Notes: generated by a model not told the origin, from the letters alone. Shown: positions 1 to 9,133, numbered from the stretch's first letter. The stretch: DNA of 64,000 nucleotides from an uncultured Armatimonadetes bacterium (GCA_963717145.1 OY970325.1:3968001-4032000); one strand, 5' to 3'. Made by a program: numbers and translations.

Positions 1-2759
1 GCAGCTTCCACCGGGCACCGAGCCGCCGACTCTGAGCAGCGCGACCACTCGCCTCGCGGAGGTCTACGAGTCGCCGTCGAGGGCGATCTCCCGCTGACGG
101 AGCTGCGCGAGACTCGCCGAGTGGCAGATCGCTACAACCTGCTTACCGTGCCGGGCGTCGCCGAGGTGCTGAACATGGGCGGCCACATGCGCCAGTATCG
201 GGTCACGATCGACCCGAACCAGCCTCAGGGCGTACGGCATCACGCTTGCCGAGTTGAAGAGGCCGTCAAGGGCGGCAACGAGAACGCCGCCGGCGGATTC
301 ATCAGCACCGGCCCGACGGAGTACACCGTGCGCGGGATCGGCCGCTTCGACTCGGTCGAGGACATCGAGGACACGGTCGTGGGCGGAACGGGCGGCGTGC
401 CGATCTTCCTGCACAACGTCGCCGACGTCGAGGAGGGCACCGCGATCCGCAGGGGCATCGCCAGCAAAGAACGGCAAGGAGACCGTGGTCGCGCTCGTCA
501 TCAAGCAGCCGAACGCCGATACCGTCAAGGTCGTGGAGGGCATCGAGAAGGCGATCGAGGAGATGAAGCCGACGCTGCCCAAGGGCGTCCGGATCGCCCC
601 CTACTACGACCAGACGCACCTGATCCAGGACTCGCTCTCCAGCGTCACCCGCGCGATACTGGTCGGCGCGGTGCTCGTCATCCTCGTGCTTCTGCTCTTC
701 CTGGGGCACTTCCGCAGCACGCTGATCGTGGCGGCGTCGCTGCCGCTCTCGGTGATCATCGCCGGGCATCCTGATGCGGCAGCATGGGCGTCGGCCTCAA
801 CACGATGTCGCTCGGCGGGCTGGCGATCGCGGTCGGCATCATGGTGGATGCCTCGATCATCATGGTCGAGAACATCTACCACCGGTTCCACAAGAGCCGC
901 GGCGAACCTCGATCGACGCCGGAGGCGAAGGAGCGCGTCGCCCACAAGGCGGCCATCGAGGTCGGGCGGCCGATCGCGTTCGCGACGCTCATCATCATCG
1001 CGGTGTTCCTGCCCGCTCTTCCTGATGGGCGGGATCGAGGGACTGCTCTTCCGTCCGCTCGCGGTCACCGTGGCCGCGGCGATGCTGGTGGCGCTCGTGC
1101 TCTCGCTGACGCTCACGCCGGTCCTGGCGAACACGGTTCCTGCATCCCGAGGAGGGCGACGAATCCGAGGGCGAGGTGAAGTTCGTCCGGTGGATCAAGC
1201 GGCGGCTACGTCCCCGCGCTGGAGTACGCGCTCACTCACCGGTAGGCTGGTCATCGCGCATCGCGTTCGGGCTGCTGATCCCGGCGGCGCTCGGCCTGAT
1301 GGCTGTGGGCAAGGACTTCATGCCGAAGCTCGACGAGGGCTCGTGGTTCATCTCGACCGTCAACACCGGCCGAGACCTCGCTGGAGGAGAACGACCGGAT
1401 CACCCGGCAGATCGAGAAGCGTCCTGCTCGCGAACCCCAACATCGCCGAGGTCGTCCGCCGCAACGGGCGCTCCGAGCGCGCCATCGGCTGCGTGCTGCC
1501 GGTCAACCTCGGGCGAGATCTTCGTCAACCTCAAGCCCAGCGAACCAGCTGACCAAGCCCGCGGACCGAGGTGCTGGCGGAGGTCCGCGAGCAGATCGAG
1601 CAGATCCCGGGCGTCGCGGCCGCGTTCACCCAGCCGCTGCAGAACAAGATCGACGAGAGCCTGGAGGGCACTCCCGCGCCGCTGCAGGTGAAGCTCTTCG
1701 GTCCGGACATCCAGGTGCTGGCCCAGAAGGGCAAGCAGATCGAGGCGATCATGCAGGGCGACACGCGGGCGTGGCCGACGTGAAGATGGACCAGGCCACG
1801 GGCATCCCGCAGCTGCAGGTCCAGATCGACCGGCAGGCCGCGGCTCGCTACGGCGTCTCGGTGGCGGACGATCTCCGAGATCGTGCGGCTCGCGGTCGGC
1901 GGCGAGGAGCTGACCCAGGTCTGGAAGAACCAGCGCAGCTACGGGGTCTTCGTGCGCTTCCCGGACGAGATGCGCGGCGACCCCGGAGGCGATCGGCAAC
2001 CTGCTGGTGGATACCCCGTCGGGCGGCGCAGATACCGCTCTCGCAGGTGGCGCAGGTCACTCTCTCCGAGGGCCCGAACGTCATCTGGCGCGAGGCGATG
2101 AACCGGCGGCTCAGCATCGACGCCGAGCATCCAGGGCCGCGACCTCGGCAGCGTGGTCTCGGACATCAAGAAGGGCCTGACGAAGGTCGAACTGCCGAAG
2201 GACTACTTCGTCGTCTTCGGCGGGCAGTACCAGAACCAGCAGCGGGCGATGAAGTCGCTGCTGCTGGCGACGGCGATCGCGCTGGCGGTCGTGTTCATGC
2301 TGCTCTTCGTGGCGCTGAGTTCGGCGTCGCAGGCGCTGATCATCCTGGCGACCGTGCCCAGCGCGTTCATCGGCGGAGTGGCCTCGCTGCTGCTCACCGG
2401 CGAGACGCTCAACGTCTCCTCGGCGGTCGGGTTCATCGCGCTCTTCGGGATCGCGGTGCAGAACAGCCTGGTGCTGCTGACTCAGACGAGGGACTTCATC
2501 GACGGAGGGGCACACCAGGGATCAGGCGATCCGGCTGGCGAGCGTCCAGCGGCTGCGGCCGAAGCTGATGACGGCCTCGTGCGCGGCGCTCGGGCTCCTG
2601 CCGATCCTGCTCAGCGGCGGCGTCGGCGCGGAGATCGAGAAGCCGCTGGCGATCGTGATGGTCGGCGGGCTGGTGACCTCGACGCTGTTCACGCTGCTCG
2701 TGCTGCCGGCGGTCTATCTCCTCGTGGAACGGGTGAAGGACCGCGTCAGTCCCGCCTGA
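1..2759 (+). CDS. CusA/CzcA-family heavy-metal RND efflux permease, 5'-truncated by the window, with multiple frameshifts
   Basis: ORF fragments in alternating frames give RND motifs: [99 protein letters not shown]. Stop TGA at 2757-2759. Confidence 0.9.
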
Positions 2760-2798
2760 CGGCCGCAGATGCCGTTTATCGCTATGCACTGGGAGAGT

Positions 2799-2862
2799 CG
2801 ATCCCCTGACGACTCCTGTCGTCGGCGCGAGCCACCCGACGACAGGAGTCGTCAGGGGATCG
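2799..2862. repeat. Palindromic repeat family B, copy 1
   Basis: 27-bp perfect arms cgatcccctgacgactcctgtcgtcgg / ccgacgacaggagtcgtcaggggatcg. Second copy at 53025-53084. Confidence 0.9.
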
Positions 2863-2897
2863 GCGTCTTCCCGAGAGTTCGGAAAGCCCCCACCGTG

Positions 2898-3004
2898 AGT
2901 CCTGAGTGCGCCGGTGAATGACGGCGTGTATCGAAGGACGGACTTGTGGTACTCCGCAGGCCGTCCTTCGATACACGCCGTCATTCACCGGCGCACTCAG
3001 GACT
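2898..3004. repeat. Palindromic repeat family C, copy 1
   Basis: ~44-bp arm agtcctgagtgcgccggtgaatgacggcgtgtatcgaaggacgg followed by its reverse complement. Second copy at 46452-46566. Confidence 0.9.
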
Positions 3005-3070
3005 AGACGGTTCCAATCCCCCTCAAACCTTAGCTCCTTGACTCCTCAACTCCTTGACTCCTCCCGAAGT

Positions 3071-3098
3071 GTATCCTTTGGCGAACGAGGCGCATCTA
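3071..3098 (+). promoter_or_regulatory. Possible autoregulatory ECF-type promoter (GTATCC-N16-CATCTA), near-leaderless
   Basis: 16-nt spacer and -10-like CATCTA ending 7 nt before the GTG at 3106. No clear Shine-Dalgarno sequence before that GTG. Confidence 0.35.
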
Positions 3099-3105
3099 TG
3101 CTATT

Positions 3106-5370
3106 GTGAAAGCAGAGATGCGCAGTCAACGTCACAACCTGAGCGACGCCGAGATGGTGCGGCGGACACTGGCGGGCAGCCGGTCGAGCTTCGACGCCTT
3201 GGTCGACCGGTACCGCGACCGGGTCTACCGCCTGGCCTACTTCAAGGTCCGCCGCCCGGACGAGGCCGAAGACCTCGCCCAGGATGCGTTCGTTGCCGCC
3301 TACCAGGCGCTCGGACAGCTCAGGGATCTCGACCGCTTCGCCCCGTGGCTCAGGCGGGTGGCCGAGAACGTCTGCAACATGCGCGTTCGTCGGACGCGCC
3401 CTGAGACCATCCCCATCGAGGATTACCACACGCCAACCGAGGACCACAGCATCGAACGATGGCTCCTCGACACGCGGATCCACGATGCGCTCTCTCAGCT
3501 TTCAGAGACCAACCGCCTGGCCGCGACGCTCTTCTTCGTGGACGGCCTCTCCCAGAAGGAGATCGCCGAGTTCCTCGACGTTCCGGTGACGACCGTCAAG
3601 CGCCGGATCAACCTGTCGCGCGCCCGGCTCAAGAAGGAGTTGATCGATATCATGCACGACACAATCGGCCCGGAGAAGGCGAAACCCGGGTTCGCCGATG
3701 AGGTCTCCGCCAGGATCGACGTGCTGCGCTGGTGCCGGCAGTTCGGCGACTACATCAACGCCGGGGTGACGCTCGTCAGGGCGCTCTCAGACCTGGAGGA
3801 GGGCGACTTTTCCGATCGAATCAAGGCGGAGACGCACGCCGTCCGAGCCGCCATCATGGAGGGGGCTTTCCTCACTGCGGCGATAAGGGAGCACTCACCA
3901 TCGCTCAATCACCCGCTGATCGTCGGGATGCTCCGCGCCGGCGAGATCGGCGGCGTGCTGGATCAGAGCCTGAGCACGATCGTCTCGTGGATGGAACGCG
4001 AGGACATCGGCCTCAAAGTCGATACGGCATATTGGCTCCGAACGCTTGCCATGATGCTTTCCGCGGGTGTGCCGGTCGTGCAGGCGATCGACACGATGCA
4101 GCACGTCCGAGCGGCCGAACCGCTCCCCGACCTGCAGGCCAGGCTGAACGAAGTCATCCGAGAGGGCTGTCGCTTCCCGGTCATATTCGCCGAGTTCCCG
4201 GGACTCTTCAGCCCGGCGGTGATCGCACTCGTCGCCGCCGGTGAGGAGAACGGCATGCTGGACACGGCACTCGTCATTGCCGCCTCGGAGATCCTCCGCG
4301 AGGCCTTCGAGAAGATTCAGTCCGACACGGCGCTCTCGTTCGACGCCCATGCCCGGGAGAAGTTGGCGGAACAGGTCAGAGCGCATCTCGCCGACAAGTC
4401 GCCCGAGTCACGGATCGGCGCGCTCCAGGCGCTCGATCAACTGACGGGTGCTGTTCGGGTTGTCCAGGTCGGCCCGCTGACATCCCGACGCGCTCCAACG
4501 TGGGGAGAGCTGACCGGATCCGAGTCGATGGAATGCTACGTCTCGGCGCTCGACGACCGGTCGGCCGACGTTCGACGCACCGCCGCCGAGATCCTCGGGA
4601 AGCATCCGTCGGCGGAGTCGGTCACCGCGCTCTCCAGGGCGCTGAAGGACAAGTCGCCCGAGGTCAGGCAGGCGGCGCTGGTGTCGCTGTCGAGCATCGA
4701 TCCCCGGGCCGGCTTCGAGCGTGCCAAGTCGATGCTGGGCGACAAGTCGGTCGGTGTACGGCGTGCGGCGATCCGAATCGTCGGGTCGTTAAGCAGCCGG
4801 GATGCAGCCGACCTGCTCGTCCCGCTGCTCGCAGACCCGGACATGCTGGTCGCCAGCGATGCGATGAAGGGGCTGAAACGCATCGGCGCACCGGCGGTCG
4901 AGCCACTCGTCAACGCGATGAGCGCGACGAAGCCGTTGAGCTGCCAGCTCGCGATGGAGGCGCTCAGAGAGATCGATCCCGGCAAAGCGCGGGAGGTCGC
5001 GCTGGATCTTCTGCAAAGGGGAATCACGGACGCCCGATCTGCTGCGATGCGCACCATATCACGGGTCGGTGGGGACGAGGACATCCCCCTGTTGATCGAA
5101 GCGCTGTCGGACAGCGATCCCTACGGGGTGGTGCGCGACGCCGTGGAGGCGCTCGGACGCCTGAAGGCAAAGGATGCCGTGCCCGCGCTGATCATCACGC
5201 TCGATCATCCCGAGGAGTGGATCGCGCTGAGAGCAGCTTATGCGCTGGCGGCAATCGGCGACAAGAGCGCGATCCCGGCGCTCGAGGCTAAGCTCTCCGC
5301 CAACAATCCTCGCCTGGTGATCAATGCCGCCACGGACGCGCTGAAGTGTCTCGGCGCTGAATGCACATAG
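3106..5370 (+). CDS. ECF sigma-70 factor fused to two T2SSF (PilC/GspF-like) domains and HEAT repeats
   Basis: Sigma2 (AEDLAQDAFVAAY...FAPWLRRVAEN) and sigma4 (GLSQKEIAEFLDVPVTTVKRRINLSRARLK). PilC-like WCRQFGDYINAGVTLVRAL...MLRAGEIGGVLD and RTLAMMLSAGVPVVQAI...LVAAGEENGMLD. HEAT units such as LDDRSADVRRTAAEILG and LKDKSPEVRQAALVSL. Confidence 0.85.
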   Translation: MKAEMRSQRHNLSDAEMVRRTLAGSRSSFDALVDRYRDRVYRLAYFKVRRPDEAEDLAQDAFVAAYQALGQLRDLDRFAPWLRRVAENVCNMRVRRTRPETIPIEDYHTPTEDHSIERWLLDTRIHDALSQLSETNRLAATLFFVDGLSQKEIAEFLDVPVTTVKRRINLSRARLKKELIDIMHDTIGPEKAKPGFADEVSARIDVLRWCRQFGDYINAGVTLVRALSDLEEGDFSDRIKAETHAVRAAIMEGAFLTAAIREHSPSLNHPLIVGMLRAGEIGGVLDQSLSTIVSWMEREDIGLKVDTAYWLRTLAMMLSAGVPVVQAIDTMQHVRAAEPLPDLQARLNEVIREGCRFPVIFAEFPGLFSPAVIALVAAGEENGMLDTALVIAASEILREAFEKIQSDTALSFDAHAREKLAEQVRAHLADKSPESRIGALQALDQLTGAVRVVQVGPLTSRRAPTWGELTGSESMECYVSALDDRSADVRRTAAEILGKHPSAESVTALSRALKDKSPEVRQAALVSLSSIDPRAGFERAKSMLGDKSVGVRRAAIRIVGSLSSRDAADLLVPLLADPDMLVASDAMKGLKRIGAPAVEPLVNAMSATKPLSCQLAMEALREIDPGKAREVALDLLQRGITDARSAAMRTISRVGGDEDIPLLIEALSDSDPYGVVRDAVEALGRLKAKDAVPALIITLDHPEEWIALRAAYALAAIGDKSAIPALEAKLSANNPRLVINAATDALKCLGAECT

Positions 5371-5400
5371 CACCCACCGCTGACAGTGGCGTCGGTCTCC

Positions 5401-5427
5401 CTTGGCGGTCTTGGCGTCTTGGCGGTT
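5401..5427. repeat. cttggcg(N1-2) triple tandem repeat, family F
   Basis: cttggcggtcttggcgtcttggcggtt. Near-identical copy at 7963-7990, and two reverse copies inside queC. Confidence 0.75.
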
Positions 5428-7801
5428 ACTTCTGATGCTTCGTGCGGGCGATGATGTGGTCCTGCATGGCTCGGTCGAGGAGGCGGAACGGCTGGCTGAA
5501 TCCTGAGACGCGCACACAGAGGTTCGAATAGCGCTCGGGGTCCTCCTGGGCCGCGCGGAGTGATTCGGCGCTCACCACGTTGAACTGCAACTGCCCGACG
5601 CCGAGGTGGACCGCGCTCATCAGGAGGTCGGTGAACGCCTGCTTCCCACTGCCCGAGAGCAGACTCGGGTGCGCCTCCAGGATCGCCGAGCTGCTCGCGG
5701 CCACCAGATGGTGCGGTATCCGGCTGAGCGAGTTCACCACCGCCGTCAGGCCCTCCTGGTCGCGGCCCTGAACCGGGGACACGCTGTAGGCGAGCGGCTC
5801 TCCCGAGAGCCGGCCATCGGGCGATGCGCCGGTCGCTTGCCCCATCGCGAGCATCAGTGTGAACGTGAAGAGGTGGACGTGATAGCCCCCGCCGCTGGGC
5901 GTCCGATACCGGCCAAGGACCTCGCAGTACTGACGCGCCAGTTCCGCCGCATACTCGTCCGGGAGCGGCTCGTCGTTGCCGTACTTCGGGAGGCGATTCT
6001 TGAGGTACAGGCGCAGGTCCTCGCGACCCTCGAAGTTCGCCCTGAGCGCCTGAAGCATCTCGTCCGGGCTCGTATCAGTGCACTGTAGGGGCGTGCCTTG
6101 TGCCGCCCGAGACCGCCTGCCCACCTGGCGCTGTAGGGGCGTGCCTTGTGCCGCCTGGCGGGTGGTCTCGGGCGGCACAAGGCACGCCCCTACAGCGTTA
6201 TCATTGAAGACTGCGGTCTGGAGGGCGGCCAGGCTGTCGGCGACGTTCGGGATGCCCATCGCCGCGCTGGAGTGGTAGTTGTAGCGCGCGCCGCCCTCGA
6301 TGATGTCGAGGCCGTCCGAGACGCAGTCCTCGGTCAGCAGCGAGAGATACGGCAGCCGGAACTGGTCCCGGTGCGCGAGCTCGGCTGCATTCGAGCCGTA
6401 GACCGACCATTCGGCGAAGTAATCGAGCTGCTTCGAGTAGGCCGCGAGCACGTCATCCATCGAGCGGAAGTCTGCCAGCGTGCCGGTTTGTGGGCCGACC
6501 TGGACGTCGTCGAGCAGATCGCGGCCGTCGTTGAGCGCCAGTTCGAGGCACTTCGCCAGGTTGATCCAGTGGCTGACCGCGTGGGGATTCGCCTTGCCCG
6601 GGATCGTGATCTCGATGCAGCCGATCGCCGCGTAGTCGCGCGCGTCCTCGATCGGAATCCCCTTCGACACGAGCGCGGGGATGAGCGCCTCGTCGTTGAA
6701 GAAGAACGGAATGCCCCCGCCCTGCGCCACGAGATCGACGCACCGCGGGACGAACTCGCGCGGGCTGCCACCATGCAGGCGCGCGGAGAGGCATCGCACG
6801 AAGCCGAGCCCCTCGGTCACGTCGAGCACCAGGTAGCTGAGCGGATTGACCGCATCGCGGCCGTCGGCCTGTTGGCCCCCGATCATCATCTGCTGGACGT
6901 CGTAGGCCTGGTAGAGCTTGACCCATAGTGCCGCGAGCAGTTCGGCGGCCTGTTCCATGTCGAGCAGCCCTTCCGCGAGGTCCCGTTCGAGGTACGGCCA
7001 GAGGAACTGATCGATCCGCCCGATGCCGTTCGCGTTGACGCCGTCCTCCCAGACGGTGATCATGTGGGCGAACCAGAGCGACTGAATGGCCTCGCGGAAG
7101 GTCCGCGCGGGCTGTGCCGGGACGTGTTCGCATATCTCGGCGATCGTTTCCAATCCGCGACGCCTGGCCTCTTCCGCGTGACGCCTGCCGAGGGTGATCG
7201 CCGCATCGCATATCCTGAGCCAGGCAAGGAGATTCGCCCGCCTGTGTGGGCCGTCCGGATCCGTCGGAGAGAGAGAAGTAAGAGCGGCTTCGACCTCGGC
7301 CCGTATGCCCGAGAATCCGAGGCGCAGGACCTTCTCGTAGTCCCGAATGCTGTGGTTCAGTTCCGTGCCCCAAACCGAGATGACGCCGTGCTCCTGGGCT
7401 AGGGTGATCTCCGGCGGAGTCGGCGCGACCCCGGCTAGCTTCTGCCATGCGAACAGCGGCTGCTCGGTCCAGGAGAGGAAGCGGTCTCGCTCCTCGGCGG
7501 TCAGGTGGGATGTGATGTCCTGCCGCCAATCCTGCGGGATCTCAGGCGTGAACGGGATAGGGTAGCAGGGATTTCCGTGCTCGCCGGCGATCAGGTCGCC
7601 GTCGGTGATGCGAACCGGCATCCGCTCGATGACGTTCGCGAGCCCACGGGCGTTTCGGATCGGCAGGGATTGGCCCTCAGCCGCCAACCAGCCCTCGAGG
7701 TAGTAGTACGGGCAGTACCAGCGTCCGTGAAACAACTCCTCCGGCTGGGCGAGCATCCTCTCCCGCAGCCGTTCGATTCGCTCCGAGGGCTGATAGGTCA
7801 T
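5426..7801 (-). CDS. Glycyl radical enzyme (PFL2/glycerol dehydratase/CutC superfamily), substrate unknown
   Basis: C-terminal glycyl radical loop LCVRVSGFS, active-site AAIGCIEI (single Cys), PKYGND and ASPDGR. Start placed at MTYQPSER because the upstream ORF extension is repeat-derived. Confidence 0.88.
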   Translation of the reverse strand: MTYQPSERIERLRERMLAQPEELFHGRWYCPYYYLEGWLAAEGQSLPIRNARGLANVIERMPVRITDGDLIAGEHGNPCYPIPFTPEIPQDWRQDITSHLTAEERDRFLSWTEQPLFAWQKLAGVAPTPPEITLAQEHGVISVWGTELNHSIRDYEKVLRLGFSGIRAEVEAALTSLSPTDPDGPHRRANLLAWLRICDAAITLGRRHAEEARRRGLETIAEICEHVPAQPARTFREAIQSLWFAHMITVWEDGVNANGIGRIDQFLWPYLERDLAEGLLDMEQAAELLAALWVKLYQAYDVQQMMIGGQQADGRDAVNPLSYLVLDVTEGLGFVRCLSARLHGGSPREFVPRCVDLVAQGGGIPFFFNDEALIPALVSKGIPIEDARDYAAIGCIEITIPGKANPHAVSHWINLAKCLELALNDGRDLLDDVQVGPQTGTLADFRSMDDVLAAYSKQLDYFAEWSVYGSNAAELAHRDQFRLPYLSLLTEDCVSDGLDIIEGGARYNYHSSAAMGIPNVADSLAALQTAVFNDNAVGACLVPPETTRQAAQGTPLQRQVGRRSRAAQGTPLQCTDTSPDEMLQALRANFEGREDLRLYLKNRLPKYGNDEPLPDEYAAELARQYCEVLGRYRTPSGGGYHVHLFTFTLMLAMGQATGASPDGRLSGEPLAYSVSPVQGRDQEGLTAVVNSLSRIPHHLVAASSSAILEAHPSLLSGSGKQAFTDLLMSAVHLGVGQLQFNVVSAESLRAAQEDPERYSNLCVRVSGFSQPFRLLDRAMQDHIIARTKHQK
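6083..6197. repeat. GTAG-type REP-like cluster lying in frame within the glycyl radical enzyme gene
   Basis: Two direct copies of ctgtaggggcgtgccttgtgccgcc (6083, 6131) and one inverted copy (~6170-6195). Confidence 0.85.
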
Positions 7802-7824
7802 TCTCGGTCCCCATCGGGTGTTCG

Positions 7825-7942
7825 GGCGGATTTGTAATCCGGCCCGCATTGGCAATCCGGGGATCTGTGATCCCACGACCCGCCGGATGGCATCACAGAT
7901 GCCGGTTTGCCACCGGGTGCTGGATTGCAAATCCGCACCAAC
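7825..7942. repeat. ~120-bp MITE/REP-like element, family D, copy 1
   Basis: Ends gcggatttgtaatcc...ggattgcaaatccgcacc. Interior is shared, in reverse orientation, with 40291-40417. Confidence 0.85.
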
Positions 7943-7962
7943 GTTGGGTCATTTCCGGTCCC

Positions 7963-7990
7963 CTTGGCGTTCTTGGCGTCTTGGCGGTTA
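7963..7990. repeat. Family F repeat, copy 2
   Basis: cttggcgttcttggcgtcttggcggtta. Confidence 0.75.
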
Positions 7991-7993
7991 GCC

Positions 7994-8566
7994 CTAATCC
8001 GGCAGTTCGCGGATGTAGATGTCCTTGAACCAGAGCGGGTGATTGTGATGCTGAAGCTCGATCGTGCCGGTCTCGGGCAGGCCATTGATGCTGTTCATCT
8101 TCACATGATCGACCACCTGGACGCCGTTCTCGATCACCGTCACGTAGCCCTTCCTCATGATGATGATGAAGCTGTTCCACTCGCCTACCGGTTTGTCGAC
8201 GTTCAAGCGCGGCTCGTTCTTGTCGTTGTAGAGTCCCCCCGAGCCGATCGGATTGTCCCAGATCTGGACCTGCGGCTGGCCTCGGAGGTAGATCCCGCTG
8301 TCCCCGCCCTTGTCTATCTTCCAGTCGACCATCAGGATGAAGTTACGGTAGTCCTTCTCGGTCCGTAGCGAGTCGCCCTTGCCGTCATAGTTCAGGACGC
8401 CGTCGACGACCTTCCAGTGCTTCTCGATCTCGGCATCGTGCTTCCAGCCGCTTAGGTCCTTGCCATTGAAGAGCGGCTTGAACCACTCCGGGACCTTCTT
8501 GCCCGCGAGCGCGATCGAGCCGATGGTCAGCACGATCAGGGTAATCGCGAATGTGAGACGTTTCAT
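7994..8566 (-). CDS. Secreted DUF1080 (3-keto-disaccharide hydrolase-like) protein
   Basis: Signal peptide MKRLTFAITLIVL; motifs LFNGKDLSGW, GDSGIYLRG, KPVGEWN, GTIELQHH, WFKDIYIREL; RBS aaggagga. Confidence 0.9.
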   Translation of the reverse strand: MKRLTFAITLIVLTIGSIALAGKKVPEWFKPLFNGKDLSGWKHDAEIEKHWKVVDGVLNYDGKGDSLRTEKDYRNFILMVDWKIDKGGDSGIYLRGQPQVQIWDNPIGSGGLYNDKNEPRLNVDKPVGEWNSFIIIMRKGYVTVIENGVQVVDHVKMNSINGLPETGTIELQHHNHPLWFKDIYIRELPD

Positions 8567-8626
8567 ACCGGAATCCTCCTTGTGATCGCTGATATCTGTT
8601 TCGACCCCATGTCGGAGGAAACCTGC

Positions 8627-8669
8627 AAAAACGCAGAAAACCGGCTGCCTCGGCCGGTTCTCTGCGTTT
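8627..8669 (-). terminator. Intrinsic terminator
   Basis: aaacgcagagaaccggccg-agg-cagccggttttctgcgttttt on the minus strand. Confidence 0.6.
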
Positions 8670-8797
8670 ACGCTAGGACTGTATTTAGTTATGCAGCCTC
8701 GAGACGGGATCGATTCCAACCCCCCGTTGGCGCTAGCCATTGAACCAGCTTCCCGTCTCAGGCATCGCAGGCACTGCAAGCAACGCCTGCAATCATC
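8627..8797 (-). ncRNA. Candidate structured RNA 1 (sRNA or attenuating leader)
   Basis: Lies between an ECF-like promoter (8803-8829) and a terminator (8627-8669). Contains a 14-bp hairpin (8764-8793) and a 3-way junction (8701-8759). G-U pairs form only on the minus strand. Confidence 0.5.
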
Positions 8798-8802
8798 TAA
8801 TC

Positions 8803-8829
8803 TGACGCCGGCCGCGCGCGGAAAGTTCC
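8803..8829 (-). promoter_or_regulatory. ECF-type promoter GGAACT-N16-CGTCA
   Basis: Same -35 and spacing as the sites at 9134-9159, 14206-14234 and 59754-59782. Confidence 0.6.
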
Positions 8830-8983
8830 TATGGCCGACGGTTTTTTGTCATACTCAGCGAAATTTTCCCCAACTGCGTGGACGTTTCGCTCATCACCCT
8901 CATATTACCATGTGTGCGATCTGTGTCCAACTGTTAAGAATACCAGGTTTCGGTGGAATCGCATGAGGAATGACGCAGCCACG

Positions 8984-9014
8984 AAAAAAGAGCCTCACCT
9001 TGCGGTGAGGCTCT
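8984..9014 (-). terminator. Intrinsic terminator
   Basis: agagcctcacc-GCAA-ggtgaggctc followed by T6 on the minus strand. Confidence 0.85.
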
Positions 9015-9125
9015 AAGAATGCCGGGTCGTCGGTGCTCGGGACCTTGCAACAACCAACGGCCCGGCTTGGGCAAGGAGGTATTGGAAAGGAGCAATCTGC
9101 ATCACTTGCGTTCTGCAGGTTTCCT
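8984..9125 (-). ncRNA. Candidate sRNA 2 with anti-SD tract
   Basis: ECF-like promoter upstream. Hairpin, then unpaired CUCCUUUCCAAUACCUCCUU, then a gccggg...cccggc hairpin, then a strong terminator. No credible ORF. Confidence 0.55.
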
Positions 9126-9133
9126 ACTTATGA

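Noticed and set aside
1-2759. Many frameshifts in the RND gene, suggesting a pseudogene or programmed frameshifting
   Set aside because: The breaks are small indels with intact motifs on either side, and similar ones occur in csp, the sulfatase, the heparinase and pilin-like copy 3. Long-read consensus error is the simplest explanation; read mapping would decide.
4458-4470. 13-nt match ggttgtccaggtc to the reverse complement of 24161-24173, within an apparent insertion in the first HEAT repeat
   Set aside because: Too short, does not extend and is not palindromic; likely chance.
7802-7930. N-terminal ORF extensions (also 27282-27374, 53232-53309, 21380-21499, 19138-19341)
   Set aside because: They translate intergenic repeats; downstream starts fit better by RBS, signal peptide or domain boundary.
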